From positions 16,244,001-16,308,000 of the forward strand of contig CM022677.1 of NCBI GenBank assembly GCA_012295275.1: a stretch of 64,000 nt of DNA. Direction: 5' to 3'. The position numbers and the translations under genes are program-made. The first letter of the stretch is position 1. The number at the start of each line of letters is the position of its first letter. Under the pieces are notes generated by a model, which saw only the letters and a list, made by a program, of their open reading frames with translations, did no database searches and was not told where the DNA came from. Below are positions 1-12,519 of the stretch, piece after piece. The DNA is from Chrysomallon squamiferum (lineage: Eukaryota > Animalia > Mollusca).

Positions 1-618
1 TTACATCACGATCCAGTTATTGCTAAACTTATATCAAACTTATCGATAAATCTATACATTTTCAGTAGACCAAACTAATTATATATCCAGTCATTTTCAA
101 AGTATTAAATTGTTTTAATACTAAGGTGGCATCTATCTCTGCAACTGCAATTAACATAAAGGAAAAACAAATGTTTATGTACAAAGGCACACACACACAC
201 GCACACACAAACTAACACATGTGCATAGAAACACACACACATAAACACACATACACATATATATATGCATATATATGCATACAGAGAAACAGAATTAAAA
301 TAAACATGTATTTCTGTAGAAGGTCTAGAGTAATCGGTAAAATGAATTGTCTAGTGTGAATGCGTCCTACGTCGTCACTTTTGTTTTAACGTTTAGCGTT
401 TTCAGTTGAATACTTAGTTTTCTTTTCTCAGTATCGTATTAAGAAGTTAAATATTTGTTGAAGATAGCATTTAGTAGTAAATAAATATTAAATAAAAAAT
501 GTTCTTCTCCATATTTATCTTTTTATATTTCACTTATTCTGTATATTTCTCTCTCAAATTTTTTCTCTTTCGTTCTTTATCTCAATATTTTTAAAATTCT
601 GCCTCATCTTTCACCCAC

Positions 619-694
<76 letters not shown>

Positions 695-1624
695 ACACAC
701 ACACACACACATACCGAAATACACACAGCAGTGTAATGTTATCCCATCTGGCTTTCAAAAATAAATCCACCTAAAACAGATCTGTATTCTTTATGTTTTA
801 TTTTATTTTATTTTATTATTATTCTTTTTACATTTAACGTGAGCAGTCATCCATAATAGTCAAGTAATATTACCCAGCTTCCTTTGTTATGCCACAAATG
901 AACGAATCTATGATTTTATTGTGGTGTAGAAAACAAAAGAAAACAAAAGAAAAAAAATCGTATAAAAGAAGCTCTAAGTGGAAAAAAATAATACATAGGT
1001 CTGTATAACCTGCTTACTTCGTTGTTATAACATATGCATTTTCGTTTAGATCGTAACATATATGTATATATGTATGTATCTGAATGTATGTATGTATGTA
1101 TGTAAAATAATAATGGTAAAAAGAATTATAACTACAGTACTAGTAGTATTAATCATAATACATGATGAAGATGATAACTACAACACCAGTAACAATAATA
1201 ATAAAAACAAACAATAATAGAACTGTCGTCGCCAACGTAGTAGTTGAAGCGAAAATAACGAAAATGAAAAGAATAGTTCAACTGAGACACTCTCGTTTGC
1301 TGAACATTTTAAAAATGTATTACCAGCATTAGAAAATGTTCTGCTTTCCCTACCTCATTCATAACATAAGACGTATTACGTTCCAATGTTTTACGCAGGT
1401 TTGTAAAAAAAAAAAAAAAAAAATTCAGAAAAAAAACGAAAGACAAAACTAACAAACAACAAAAAAATAATCGATGAATAAATGAATTAATGAGTAATTG
1501 TTCGATATTTCAGTTCATTTTCTTTTTTTTCTTCTATCTTTTTTCTCTATCTTATGGACCTAAAGGAATCCAGGTGGGTAAATAATAATCTTTTCTGACT
1601 AAAATTCTACCCTCTGTTGTTATA
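1..1624 (+). repeat. Near-identical duplicate of 8259-~9811 (FUT 3' end plus downstream flank)
   Basis: ttacatcacgatccagttattgctaaac... at position 1 and at 8259, collinear to the gap, differing mainly in microsatellites. Confidence 0.95.
1552..1624 (-). pseudogene. Third copy of the fucosyltransferase 3' end (..DYYLPTWIPLGP*), running into the assembly gap
   Basis: cttatggacctaaaggaatccaggtgggtaaataataatc matches 11277-11316. Small indels next to the N gap could be sequencing error or real decay. Confidence 0.75.
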
Positions 1625-1824
1625 NNNNNNNNNNNNNNNNNNNNNNNNNNNNNNNNNNNNNNNNNNNNNNNNNNNNNNNNNNNNNNNNNNNNNNNNNNNN
1701 NNNNNNNNNNNNNNNNNNNNNNNNNNNNNNNNNNNNNNNNNNNNNNNNNNNNNNNNNNNNNNNNNNNNNNNNNNNNNNNNNNNNNNNNNNNNNNNNNNNN
1801 NNNNNNNNNNNNNNNNNNNNNNNN
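1625..1824. other. Assembly gap (200 N)
   Basis: Run of n characters. Confidence 0.99.
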
Positions 1825-2546
1825 AAGTTACTGTTTTAAGAAAATGTTAATATGAAAAATTTATAGAGAGATAGATAGAAATGTATATAGGGCCAAACGT
1901 TTCAGTTTCACAAATTGTACACAATCACTGCATTTGATTTCAAAATTATGGGTATTAAAAATTTATGTTATTGAATTAGAAATTTTCTAGGGGATATTAA
2001 TCTTGCTTTCACTGCACTGGGGTTTCTGGTTTCGGTTTGGATCTTGCTTTGTGAAATTAATGGTGCTTTTTTTAGATGTTTTGCTTTTAATACAGATTTA
2101 CCTGCTTACTGATTTCGTTTTTAAAGGACATCTCACTTTTTTATTTATTACACTCCATTTTAACTTTGTCCTCATTTGTTTATTTTTCTTACCTTCATTA
2201 TGTCTTTCTTTCACTCCTATTTTCTTATTCCTTTAACTATTACTTTTGAATCTTTATTTTTCTCTGTTCCTTACTGTCACTTTTTCTTACAGTCCTGGCT
2301 CCATATCTTTCGCTGTCTCTTTCATATACACCTACACAGAACAATACTATAGTCACACCACAAGTTGAATGAATATACATATATATATATGTGTGTGTGT
2401 GTATATGTATGTATATATATATAATTACCCAAGCATGACATATTCACGTCACATTTCACATATCTGAAATTAATTTCATACATTACATTAAACAAGTAAC
2501 AGAAATGTTTATTCTTTCTTTTAATGCCTTCTTCATTCTATCCCAG

Positions 2547-2595
2547 CCTGGAATTTTCTCCTTAACTCATCAAACTGTTGATGGTAATAACCTGG
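2547..2595 (+). CDS. Candidate penultimate micro-exon of an unidentified gene (PGIFSLTHQTVDGNNL)
   Basis: cttcttcattctatcccag acceptor and G|GTAAAA donor. Phase-compatible with 3080. Confidence 0.35.
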
Positions 2596-2885
2596 GTAAA
2601 ATCAGAGATGTTTTATTTTTAGTCAATTTCTTTTATATTTCATTTTTTATATTACCTTTCTATTTATTATTATTAATAATTTCCCCACTTTATTTTATTT
2701 TTGATTTGCTTTCGTTCCTTTCTTAAAACTGGTAATTCTATATCATAAAACATTTTCATTTATTTATTTATTAATCCTGTACAGTTAATAAGTAAATTAA
2801 TTAGAAATTAAAATTAAGAAGTTTCGTCTTTTTGTATGTCATTATTTTATGCAATTAAACCGGTTAAATTTATTTTTCCTTTACA

Positions 2886-2961
<76 letters not shown>

Positions 2962-3079
2962 AAATATTTACCCTAACGTTCACACATCTTAATCTTCTTT
3001 CACATATTTGTCTAATCATTTGTAACATAACGTATTTATTTATTTGTTTGTTTATTTATTGATTTTATTTATTTTCTAG

Positions 3080-3198
3080 TGAAACCAGCACGCTGTGAAG
3101 ACACATCACCTTACGACAACACCGACAGCAACACCAACGACAACGAGCTGAATGAAACACGTGACATTCTCGACGTCATTCCAGAATCAACTTCATAG
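3080..3198 (+). CDS. Candidate terminal coding exon of an unidentified gene (VKPARCEDTSPYDNTDSNTNDNELNETRDILDVIPESTS*)
   Basis: T-rich ttttctag acceptor, an abrupt GC/CpG-rich island in AT-rich DNA, and an open frame ending in TAG exactly where the island ends. Confidence 0.5.
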
Positions 3199-4154
3199 GA
3201 AGATTTTTACATTACTATTTTTTGTAAATAAAAATAAACAACATATATCTTTATTTTTTTTATATAAAAAAAATTAAAAAAAATTAAATTAAAAACAAAA
3301 ATGAATAAATAAAAAAGTGCAAATTCAAAAAACATTCCAGAAACAAAAATATTATTTTGTATTAATGAAGTAATTGAAATCTAAGACACACGCACACACA
3401 CACACACAAAAACACACACACACACACGCACACACACTAAATTGTTTTTTTTATTTATTTTGTTTTAAAGAAAAGAATTATAACAGTGAAGAAAGATAAT
3501 AAAAACTTTTTACAGTTAAATAAATAATGTAAATATATATATGTGTATTAATTATAATTACTATATGTATATTTTAAAATAATTTCAAATGTTGTTATAA
3601 TCAAAACTATGCAAATTCCTTCAAATCAATTTTTTTCATTCACTTATTATTATATTAATTTTTATTCAAATGTTTTTATTTATATTTCTTTTTTTTTGTC
3701 TTGTCTTTCATTTGTTTTCATTTTTTATGTCTATATGTTAATTTTTGTCTGCATAATCATAATTTATAATTTAGTGCTTGTATTTTACATTAAATGTATA
3801 ATTTTAGTTTCTATTTTATTATTTTATTTAATTCATTATCTATTCAATGATCAATACAGAGAAATGATTTTGCAAATATTTGTTCTTGTTGTCTTGCAAA
3901 CATACATGATTTCTTCTTAATTATAAAACAACATATTTTTTATTATACAAAATAAAAATCATTCATACATACATACATAGATATAAAATCTTTTTTTACA
4001 AATATTAATTATTTTTGTTGTTTATGTAAATATATTTCATGATTATGCTTCCCTAATTGGTCAAAACCACACCAAATTAAAATTTTTAGGAAGCATGGAA
4101 TATAAAAATAATCATTTGAACTTGTTCCCACTATGTGACCATACATTACTTACC

Positions 4155-4216
<62 letters not shown>

Positions 4217-4219
4217 TTA

Positions 4220-4504
4220 GTTTTTCCCTCTCTCTATTTTGTGGCTATACTGGAAAGACATTTCATGGTGGGGTGCTGTAAGCAAAGACATGAAATCATG
4301 GGTATGTAATTCAAAAACGTCTGGGAATATAATATTCGATAGATGTCAGTTTCTAATGTTTGGAAATGATTTACTGTTATTAATAGTATTAGTTGCAATA
4401 ATTTTTATTTCTCTATAGTTTCATGTTTTTATCATAGTTTGATGTGTCTAAGAATATAAAAAAAATATTACAGTATAAAAATGTATTGCTATTATTTTAG
4501 GGTT

Positions 4505-4555
<51 letters not shown>

Positions 4556-5065
4556 TTTTAATGAGTAAATATTAACAACAAGATATTTTATTTTTCGTTT
4601 TTTTTTTTTTTTTTTTTTACTAAATGTGTTGAAGAATTATTTACATATTCATTTTAAGTTATGTTATTTTTTTTTTCTTTTGAAAATGTTAACAAAATAA
4701 TAAAATAAATAAACTGCGTATATTAAAATATTGTTCACGCTTGTTGTACACTTAGTCTGTGATGAGTTTTCGCACCAGCACAAATACTGTTTACAGCTTA
4801 ATCTTTCTACCTTGTATTTGGGTTTGTGTTTTATATAGTACAATACACTAACATTGTATTTTTTGTATTTTAAGCAGATATATCCCGAAAGGTTTTGACA
4901 TTTTAATTAAATTAATCAATACATTATATATCTAACCTTTGTGATGAAGTGAAATAGTTTAATTAAATCAATCAACATAGTAATAGTTTTAGTGTAAATA
5001 CGTATTTTTATTATTATCAGTAGTAGTAGTAGCAATAATATTATATGTTTTTATTATTATCACTT

Positions 5066-5115
<50 letters not shown>

Positions 5116-6535
5116 ATTAATATTATTATTATTACTTCAATTTGTGTAGTTAGCATTAAAGATTACAAATAAACAGATACATAATAAATAACAGTATAAC
5201 ATATCAGGCTTGGAATATATGAGTTTGTAGTATTTTTGTTTTCCTTTCTTTTGTAAACTTAATACAAATGTATAATTCAGGAATAAATAAAGAAACAAAC
5301 AAACTAAACAAAAATAAAAGTAAATAAATAAACAGACAATATTTAGAATGAAAATCATCAAAAAAATAGCTACCGACCTTAACATTTGAAATTTTGCCTT
5401 TTTGAAAACAGTATGAAACCATCCAAATGACGTTTGCATATTATTAAGTTTCATTCATTTTCCTTTTTTAAGTGTGTTGGTCATTTTAGGTTTATGTATA
5501 CGAGGAATGGCTAATTATGTGTTAATGAAACTTTTATAAATGTATATTTAAATATGTACGTAGGGAACCATTCGGTAAATATTGTTCATTAAAATGTTTT
5601 GCGTGTGTAAGCTGCATATCTTACTTTACACCAGTGAGTATTAAGATGGTGAATCATTTTAAATAGTTTTTTATTTTTATAATGAATTTTTATAAATTGT
5701 GGTGAACTGTTCTATGCAATATTTGTTAAGGATTTGTTCTCTTGTAATATTTTTGTATATATTTTTTAAATTATTCTTTCTTTGCTTTAAATTACTATTA
5801 TTATTATTAGTTAATTAATTAATTTGTTTATTTGTAAATTTATTCGTAACAAAAACTACATCAATACATACCTTATTTTTTTTTTTTTTAATCTCAATCA
5901 GCTTTTCATTAAATGTTCTTTTAAAAACCATTTTGTTTCCAAATGGACTGAAATTATTATGTTTTCAGAGCAATATTTATACCTTATTTCTTCAGAAATG
6001 ATCACTATAATAATTATTAACCTGTTTAAATTTCTAGAGAAGGGAAACCATGTCTGTAGAAAACAAACAAACTAAATTTAACGTAGGGCTACTAATAATG
6101 GTATTTGTGACAATAAATGTGGGTGAATATATCTGCATAATTAAAATTAAAATGTTTGTATTTTTTGTTGTTTGTACTTGAGTAGTAAATAAATGTAGTG
6201 CCATAATTAAACCAGACTTTTTCTCTTTCCTTATTGTGTAAATATTTAATACATGTAGAAGACACACACACACACACACACACTTGTGTGATACTTGTTT
6301 TAAATTAGTATGCTTTCAGATATAATCTATAAAGCAAAGAGAACAAACTGTATAAAGCATATACAGAGACAAATAAATGAAAATAACTACCTAAATAAAT
6401 AAATAAATAACAATTATGATGATGATTATAATGAAGATTATGATGATAATAATATAATTAAATAACATTAAATAAACTATAGTTTTGTGTTCTTGGGAAA
6501 TGTCTTTATTTTGACTTTTCATCCTGTACAAAAAA
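4220..6535 (+). repeat. Old segmental duplicate, copy 1 (direct match to 21250-23500)
   Basis: Collinear shared anchors, e.g. gaaagacatttc, ttttcgcaccagc, acctttgtgatgaagtga, ccagtgagtattaa, ttttcatcctgta. Many substitutions and indels. Confidence 0.9.
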
Positions 6536-6571
6536 AAAAAAAAAAAAAAAAAAAAGAAGAAGAAGAAGAAA

Positions 6572-6984
6572 AGCTTGAATTCCTAGAAAAACACGACCGA
6601 GGTGTGCATATAGTCGACTTGGCTAGGCAGTATGAGCGTAGTACTTCTACGATGTGTTCCATACTGAAGATAAAACAGTGGATAAAGGCTGAAAATTCAG
6701 CCTAAGGCGTTAAAGTAATCTGTCTGATTTCCAAGATAAATAGCAATTTATTTCTCTGCATTCGCTTTTAGTTTCTTTTTATACAAAATTTGTCATTTAT
6801 AAATACATTTTCCTTATTTAAAAACACTTCACAAAAAAATGAAATGGTGTGATTTAGGGGTGCTGGAACGCATTAATGGTATTTCAATTAATTTCAAGTG
6901 GGAAAATTGATTTTGATATACGAGCAAATTGAGTTACGAGCTCTGTCACGGAAATACTTAAACTCGTAATTCAAGGTACCACTG
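6572..6984 (+). mobile_element. Tigger/pogo-type DNA transposon relic with N-terminal transposase HTH fragment and right TIR
   Basis: KLEFLEKHDRGVHIVDLARQYERSTSTMCSILK resembles the CENP-B/Tigger N-terminal HTH. The 3' end actcgtaattcaaggtaccactg is followed by TA. Confidence 0.8.
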
Positions 6985-7172
6985 TAGATATGTATAATTA
7001 TAAAAGCACGGTACATGATCATTATGATAATAAATCTTTACAAATGATTAGGAATATTTTAAAATCATTGTTGAATTTACAGTATTTCTTTTTTTAAACA
7101 TTAACTTGAAATAGTGATTATATTGAAATCGTTATAATGATTACATTATTCTCCTTGAATATTGCTTCTCAT

Positions 7173-7232
<60 letters not shown>

Positions 7233-7330
7233 ATATATATATATGTGATATTAATAATTAATTAAAGAACACACTCATATGTATCTATCTATCTATCTAT
7301 ATATGTATGTATGTATGTATGTTTGTATGT

Positions 7331-7548
7331 ATGAAAACTGGTTATATCGCCTGATATATTTTCAAACCAGTTTCATATATATATATATCTATACATACAT
7401 ACATACATACATAGATATATATAATTCTATATATATATATGTATGTATGTATGTATTTATGTATGTATGTATGTGTGTGTGTATATATATATATACATAT
7501 ATATGAAACCGGTTTGAAAATATATCAGGCGATATAACCAGTTTTCAT
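7331..7548. repeat. Foldback inverted repeat with ~50-bp arms
   Basis: atgaaaactggttatatcgcctgatatattttcaaaccagtttcatatat and its reverse complement at 7499-7548 (one mismatch). Confidence 0.92.
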
Positions 7549-8552
7549 TTGCTTAACATTTGACAAACAGATTTACTTCCCTTGTCGGAAACTCGATAAA
7601 ACCACTTTTTACATTTGTTTAAATAAAACTGGATTATACATGTATTAAGAATATACATTTAATTGATAGAACTTCGATTTATACTGGTTTAGTATTTGGC
7701 ATACTGTTGTGAATATATATATATGCATCGTCATTATTGTTATTATTATTTGTTTATTTTATTTTATTATTATTATTTCCATAGGTTACGTTTCAGTCTA
7801 GTCATTATCTACTATTGTCTAATTGATTAGCTTTATATATATTTTGAAAATTATTGTTTTCGTTGTTGTTGCTGTTGCTACTGCTCCTGTTGTTGACATT
7901 GATTAATAATATATATCAAGATTGTAAAAAAAAAGAAAAAAAAAAAGATCTCAAGTGAATCATGCTTATCATTATTGGTTAAGTTTCAGCCTGGTCATGA
8001 ATTTAAAATATATTTCATTTATTTATTTATCTACGCATGTGATAATTATTATTGTTATTATTATTATTATGTTGCTGTTGTTTTCGCTGTTATCATTATT
8101 TATTAATTAATTAATTTTGTAAGTAGCTGTAACTTTAATATTTTCAGAATGTTTTCTGTTATATATTCATAATGTGTGCGTAATTCTAAATACTCGGATC
8201 GGAGTGTTCAGCATTGATTTTTTTAAACTCAGTCAGAGTTTTGTATTATAAGTGTTATTTACATCACGATCCAGTTATTGCTAAACTTATACCAAACTTA
8301 TCGATAAATCTATACATTTTCAGTAGACCAAACTAATTATATATCCAGTCATTTTCAAAGTATTAAATTGTTTTAATACTAAGGTGGCATCTATCTCTGC
8401 AACTGCAATTAACATAAAGGAAAAACAAATGTTTATGTACAAAGGTACACACACACACGCACACACAAACTAACACATATGCCTAGAAACACATACACAT
8501 ATATAAATGCATATATATATACAGAGAAACAGAATTAGAATAAGCATGTATT

Positions 8553-8855
8553 TCTGTAGGTCTAGAGTAATGGGTAAAATGAATTGTCTGGTGTGAATGC
8601 TTCCTATGTCGTCACTTTTGTTTTAACGTTTAGCGTTTTCAGTTGAATACTTAGTTTTCTTTTCTCAGTATCTTATTAAGAAGTTAAATATTTGTTGAAG
8701 ATAGCATTTAGTAGTAAATAAATATTAAATAAAAAATGTTCTTCTCCATATTTATCTTTTTATATTTCACTTATTCTCTATATTTCTCTCTCACATCTTT
8801 TCTCTTTCATTCTTTCTTTATCTCGATATTTTTTTTTAATTCTGCCTCATCTTTC

Positions 8856-8890
<35 letters not shown>

Positions 8891-10350
8891 CACAAAAATA
8901 CGCACATAGATTTGTAATGTTATCCCATCTGGCTTTCAAAAATAAATCCACCTAAAACAGATCTGTATTCTTTATGTTTTATTTTATTTTATTTTATTAT
9001 TATTCTTTTTACATTTAACGTGAGCAGTCATCCATAATAGTTAAGTAATATTACCCAGCTTCCTTTGTTATGCCACAAATTAACGAATCCATGATTTTAT
9101 TGTGGTGCAGAAAACAAAAGAAAACAAAAGAAAAACAATCTTATAAAAGGAGCTGCCAGTGGAGAAAATAATACATAGGTCTGTATAACCTGCTTACTTC
9201 GTTGTTATAACATGTGCATTTTCGTTTAGATCGTAACATATATGTATATATGTATGTATCTGAATGTATGTATGTATGTATGTAAAATAATAATGGTAAA
9301 AAGAATTATAACTACAGTACTAGTAGTATTAATCATAATACATGATGACGATGATAACTACAACACCAGTAACAATAATAATAAAAACAAACAATAATAG
9401 AACTGTCGTCGCCAACGAAGTAGTTGAAGCGAAAATAACGAAAATGAAAAGAATAGTTCAACTGAGACACTCTCGTTTGCTGAACATTTTAAAAATGTAT
9501 TACCAGCATTAGAAAATGTTCTGCTTTCCCTAGCTCATTCATAACATAAGACGTATTACGTTCCAATGTTTTACGCAGGTTTGTAAAAAAAAAAAAAAAA
9601 AAAAAAATTCAGAAAAAAAGCGAAAGACAAAACTAACAAACAACGAAAAAATAATCGATGAATAAATGAATTAATGAGTAATTGTTCGATATTTCAGTTC
9701 ATTTTCTTTTTTTTCTTCTATCTTTTTTCTCTATCTTATGGACCTAAAGGAATCCAGGTGGGTAAATAATAATCTTTCTGACTAAAATCTCTACCCCCTC
9801 TGTTGTTATAATATACAGTGTGCCCATTAGCTAACCAGGCAGTCCAAAAGCTGAACGATCCCTCGGTTATAATCATGTGATCACAATTAGTCATCATTGA
9901 CATATCAACACCAGCGTCCCCCTTATCTACCACAATGACGTCACTTTTATTCAGTCTTTCTCGACACAACTGGACGTCATCTGTATCTGTGGTCTAGAGT
10001 AATCGGTAAAATGAATTGTCTGGTGTGAATGCGTCCTACGTCGTCACTTTTGTTTTAACGTTTAGCGTTTTCAGTTCAATACTTAGTTTTCTTTTCTCAG
10101 TATCGTGTTACAGAAGTTAAATATTTGTTGGAGATAACGTTTAACAGTAAAAAATATTAAATCCAAATTTTGGTTCTCCATATTTATCTTTTTATATTTC
10201 ACTTATTCTGTATATTTCTCTTTCACATTTTTTCTGTTTCATTCGTTCTTTATCTCGATATTTTTTTTAATTCTGCCTCATCTTTCACACACACACACAC
10301 ACACATACACACATACACACACATACACACACAAATACACACATACACAA

Positions 10351-10385
<35 letters not shown>

Positions 10386-11527
10386 TACACACACACATAC
10401 ACACACACACACATACACACATAGATTTGTAATGTTATCCCATCTGGCTTTCAAAAATAAATCCACCTAAAACAGATCTGTATTCTTTATGTTTTATTTT
10501 ATTTTATTTTATTATTATTCTTTTTACATTTAACGTGAGCAGTCATCCATAATAGTTAAGTAATATTACCCAGCTTCCTTTGTTATGCCACAAATTATCG
10601 AATCCATGATTTGATTGTGGTGCAGAAAACAAAAGAAAACAAAAGAAAAAAAATCATATAAAAGAAGCTCTAAGTGGAAAAAATTAATACAAAGGTCTGT
10701 ATAACCTGCTTACTTCGTTGTTATAACATGTGCATTTTCGTTTATATCGTAACAGATATATATATATATATATATATATATCTGAATGGATGTATGTATG
10801 TGTGTATGTATGTATGTATGTATGTAAAATAATAATGGTAATAAGAATTATAACTACAGTACTAGTAGTATTAATCATAATACATGATGAAGATGATAAC
10901 TACAACACCAGTAACAATAATAATAAAAACAAACAATAATAGCACTGTCCTCGCCAACGTAGTAGTTGAAGCAGAAATAACAAAAATGAAAAGAATAATT
11001 CAACTGAGACACTCTCGTTTGCTGAACATTTTAAAAATGTATTACCAGCATTAGAAAATGTTCTGCTTTCCCTAGATCATTCATAACATAAGACGTATTA
11101 TGTTCCAATGTTTAACACAGGTTCGTAAAAAAAAAAAAAAAAAAAAATTCAGAAAAAAAGCGAAAGACAAAACTAACAAACAACAAAAAATAATCGATGA
11201 ATAAATGAATTAATGAGTAATTGTTCGATATTTCAGTTCATTTTCATCTTTTTTTTTTTCTATCTTTTCTTTCTATCTTATGGACCTAAAGGAATCCAGG
11301 TGGGTAAATAATAATCTTTCTGACTAAAATCTCTACCCCCTCTGTTGTTATAATATACAGTGTGCCCATTAGCTAACCAGGCAATCCAAAAGCTGAACGA
11401 TCCCTCGGTTATAATCATGTGATCACAATTAGTCATCATTGACATATCAACACCAGCGTCCCCCTTATCTACCACAATGACGTCACTTTTATTCAGTCTT
11501 TCTCGACACCACTGGACGTCATCTGTA
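8553..11527 (+). repeat. Head-to-tail tandem duplication: unit A ~8553-9985, unit B ~9986-11527
   Basis: Both units start tctgt..ggtctagagtaat and end ctggacgtcatctgta. Confidence 0.93.
9736..9985 (-). pseudogene. 5'-truncated duplicate of the last ~82 codons of the GT11 fucosyltransferase
   Basis: Near-identical to 11278-11527. Two amino acid differences are visible (QWC->QLC, WIAWL->WTAWL). It ends abruptly at a junction with 3'-flank sequence and has no start or TM segment. Confidence 0.88.
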
Positions 11528-12468
11528 CCTATGAGAAACGTCACTTTACCATATCGTGACGTCATATATTTCATAGCTTTGTTGAGGTAAGAAAGCTGGT
11601 CTTTGTCGTACTTCTCTTTATTTCTTACCACGTCCGTACGTCTGACGTGAACTCCAATTATTGGTTTCTTCCGATTCCACACATATCTCATGAATTTGTC
11701 TTCGGCTGATTTAACAATATTTGATCTAAAAGTAAGTTCCTCTCGAATTAAATTGCTGATGTTATTGAAATATTTCCAGCTTTGAAAATATGTTGATAAC
11801 ATAACATTTTCTTTCGGTAGCTTCTCCATCTTTCTATCATAAACTCCGTAACTTTTCTCTGTAACACGAACCCACTTTCCTTTCTTGACGTCAATCTTCT
11901 CCACAAACGTCAAAACAAAATACTTCAGTAACGGATTATCGGGAGTAATTGCAGGCTTCTTGTTATTCATGTATGCGATTCCTAACAATGCCGCATACTC
12001 AAACAAGCAATTTCCCGTTCTTCCTAGGCCCCGAATCGTAACTAAAGAATTAGTAGCGGTCTTCAGTTTCCATCTAACGTACAAGTTCAATGTTTTTCTT
12101 CGTTTGTACGCCGCGTTGTAAGTATAATTACCCAGAAGGTCATGATTTCCGTCCACTCGCCAGTTTTCGACTGAACCGGCTTCTGTTTTGTTACTATAAG
12201 CTGCCGTCGTGGTTGCAGAAGTAAGAAGAACGTCTTTCTTTGTTACCAACTGTACGCTTTTGTTAGAGTTATCTGTCGCTGTACGATTGTACGAGGTGAA
12301 TGACGATGACATATTGTCTTGTTTTGTCATCCCTCGCCATTTTAAATACGACTTGCTGACAGTTGTTAAATACGTGTTCACACTGTTTTCTTCGTATAAA
12401 AATACATTAATTACAATTACTGAAATGATGATCAGAATAAACATCCAGACGTATTTTAATTTATTCAT
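11278..12468 (-). CDS. Galactoside alpha-1,2-fucosyltransferase-like protein (GT11; FUT1/FUT2/SEC1-like), single coding exon, 396 aa
   Basis: Type II membrane layout: short cytoplasmic MNKLK, hydrophobic TM, then an S/T-rich stem with N-glycosylation sequons. GT11 motifs present: GRTGNCLFEYAAL (cf. GRLGNQMFQYA), YFQSWKYF, GVHVRRTD (cf. HVRRGD), CDHMIITEGSFSFWIAWL, and C-terminal DYYLPTWIPL. In-frame TAA lies two codons upstream of an ATG with A at -3. Confidence 0.93.
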   Translation of the reverse strand: MNKLKYVWMFILIIISVIVINVFLYEENSVNTYLTTVSKSYLKWRGMTKQDNMSSSFTSYNRTATDNSNKSVQLVTKKDVLLTSATTTAAYSNKTEAGSVENWRVDGNHDLLGNYTYNAAYKRRKTLNLYVRWKLKTATNSLVTIRGLGRTGNCLFEYAALLGIAYMNNKKPAITPDNPLLKYFVLTFVEKIDVKKGKWVRVTEKSYGVYDRKMEKLPKENVMLSTYFQSWKYFNNISNLIREELTFRSNIVKSAEDKFMRYVWNRKKPIIGVHVRRTDVVRNKEKYDKDQLSYLNKAMKYMTSRYGKVTFLIGTDDVQWCRERLNKSDVIVVDKGDAGVDMSMMTNCDHMIITEGSFSFWIAWLANGHTVYYNNRGGRDFSQKDYYLPTWIPLGP

Positions 12469-12519
12469 GTTTTAATAATCGGCTGTTCTCTTCGATGTTG
12501 ACGAGATATCGAACTGAAA

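Noticed and set aside
1617-1850. 77-aa ORF
   Set aside because: It spans the N gap.
11278-12468. Bacterial horizontal transfer or retrogene origin of the intronless GT11 gene
   Set aside because: Animal GT11 genes are commonly single-coding-exon. The protein has a Golgi type II TM and stem, and no poly(A) tail or TSD is visible. Only a phylogeny could revive this idea.
11885-12475. Plus-strand ORFs overlapping the fucosyltransferase
   Set aside because: Antisense shadows with no recognisable protein features.
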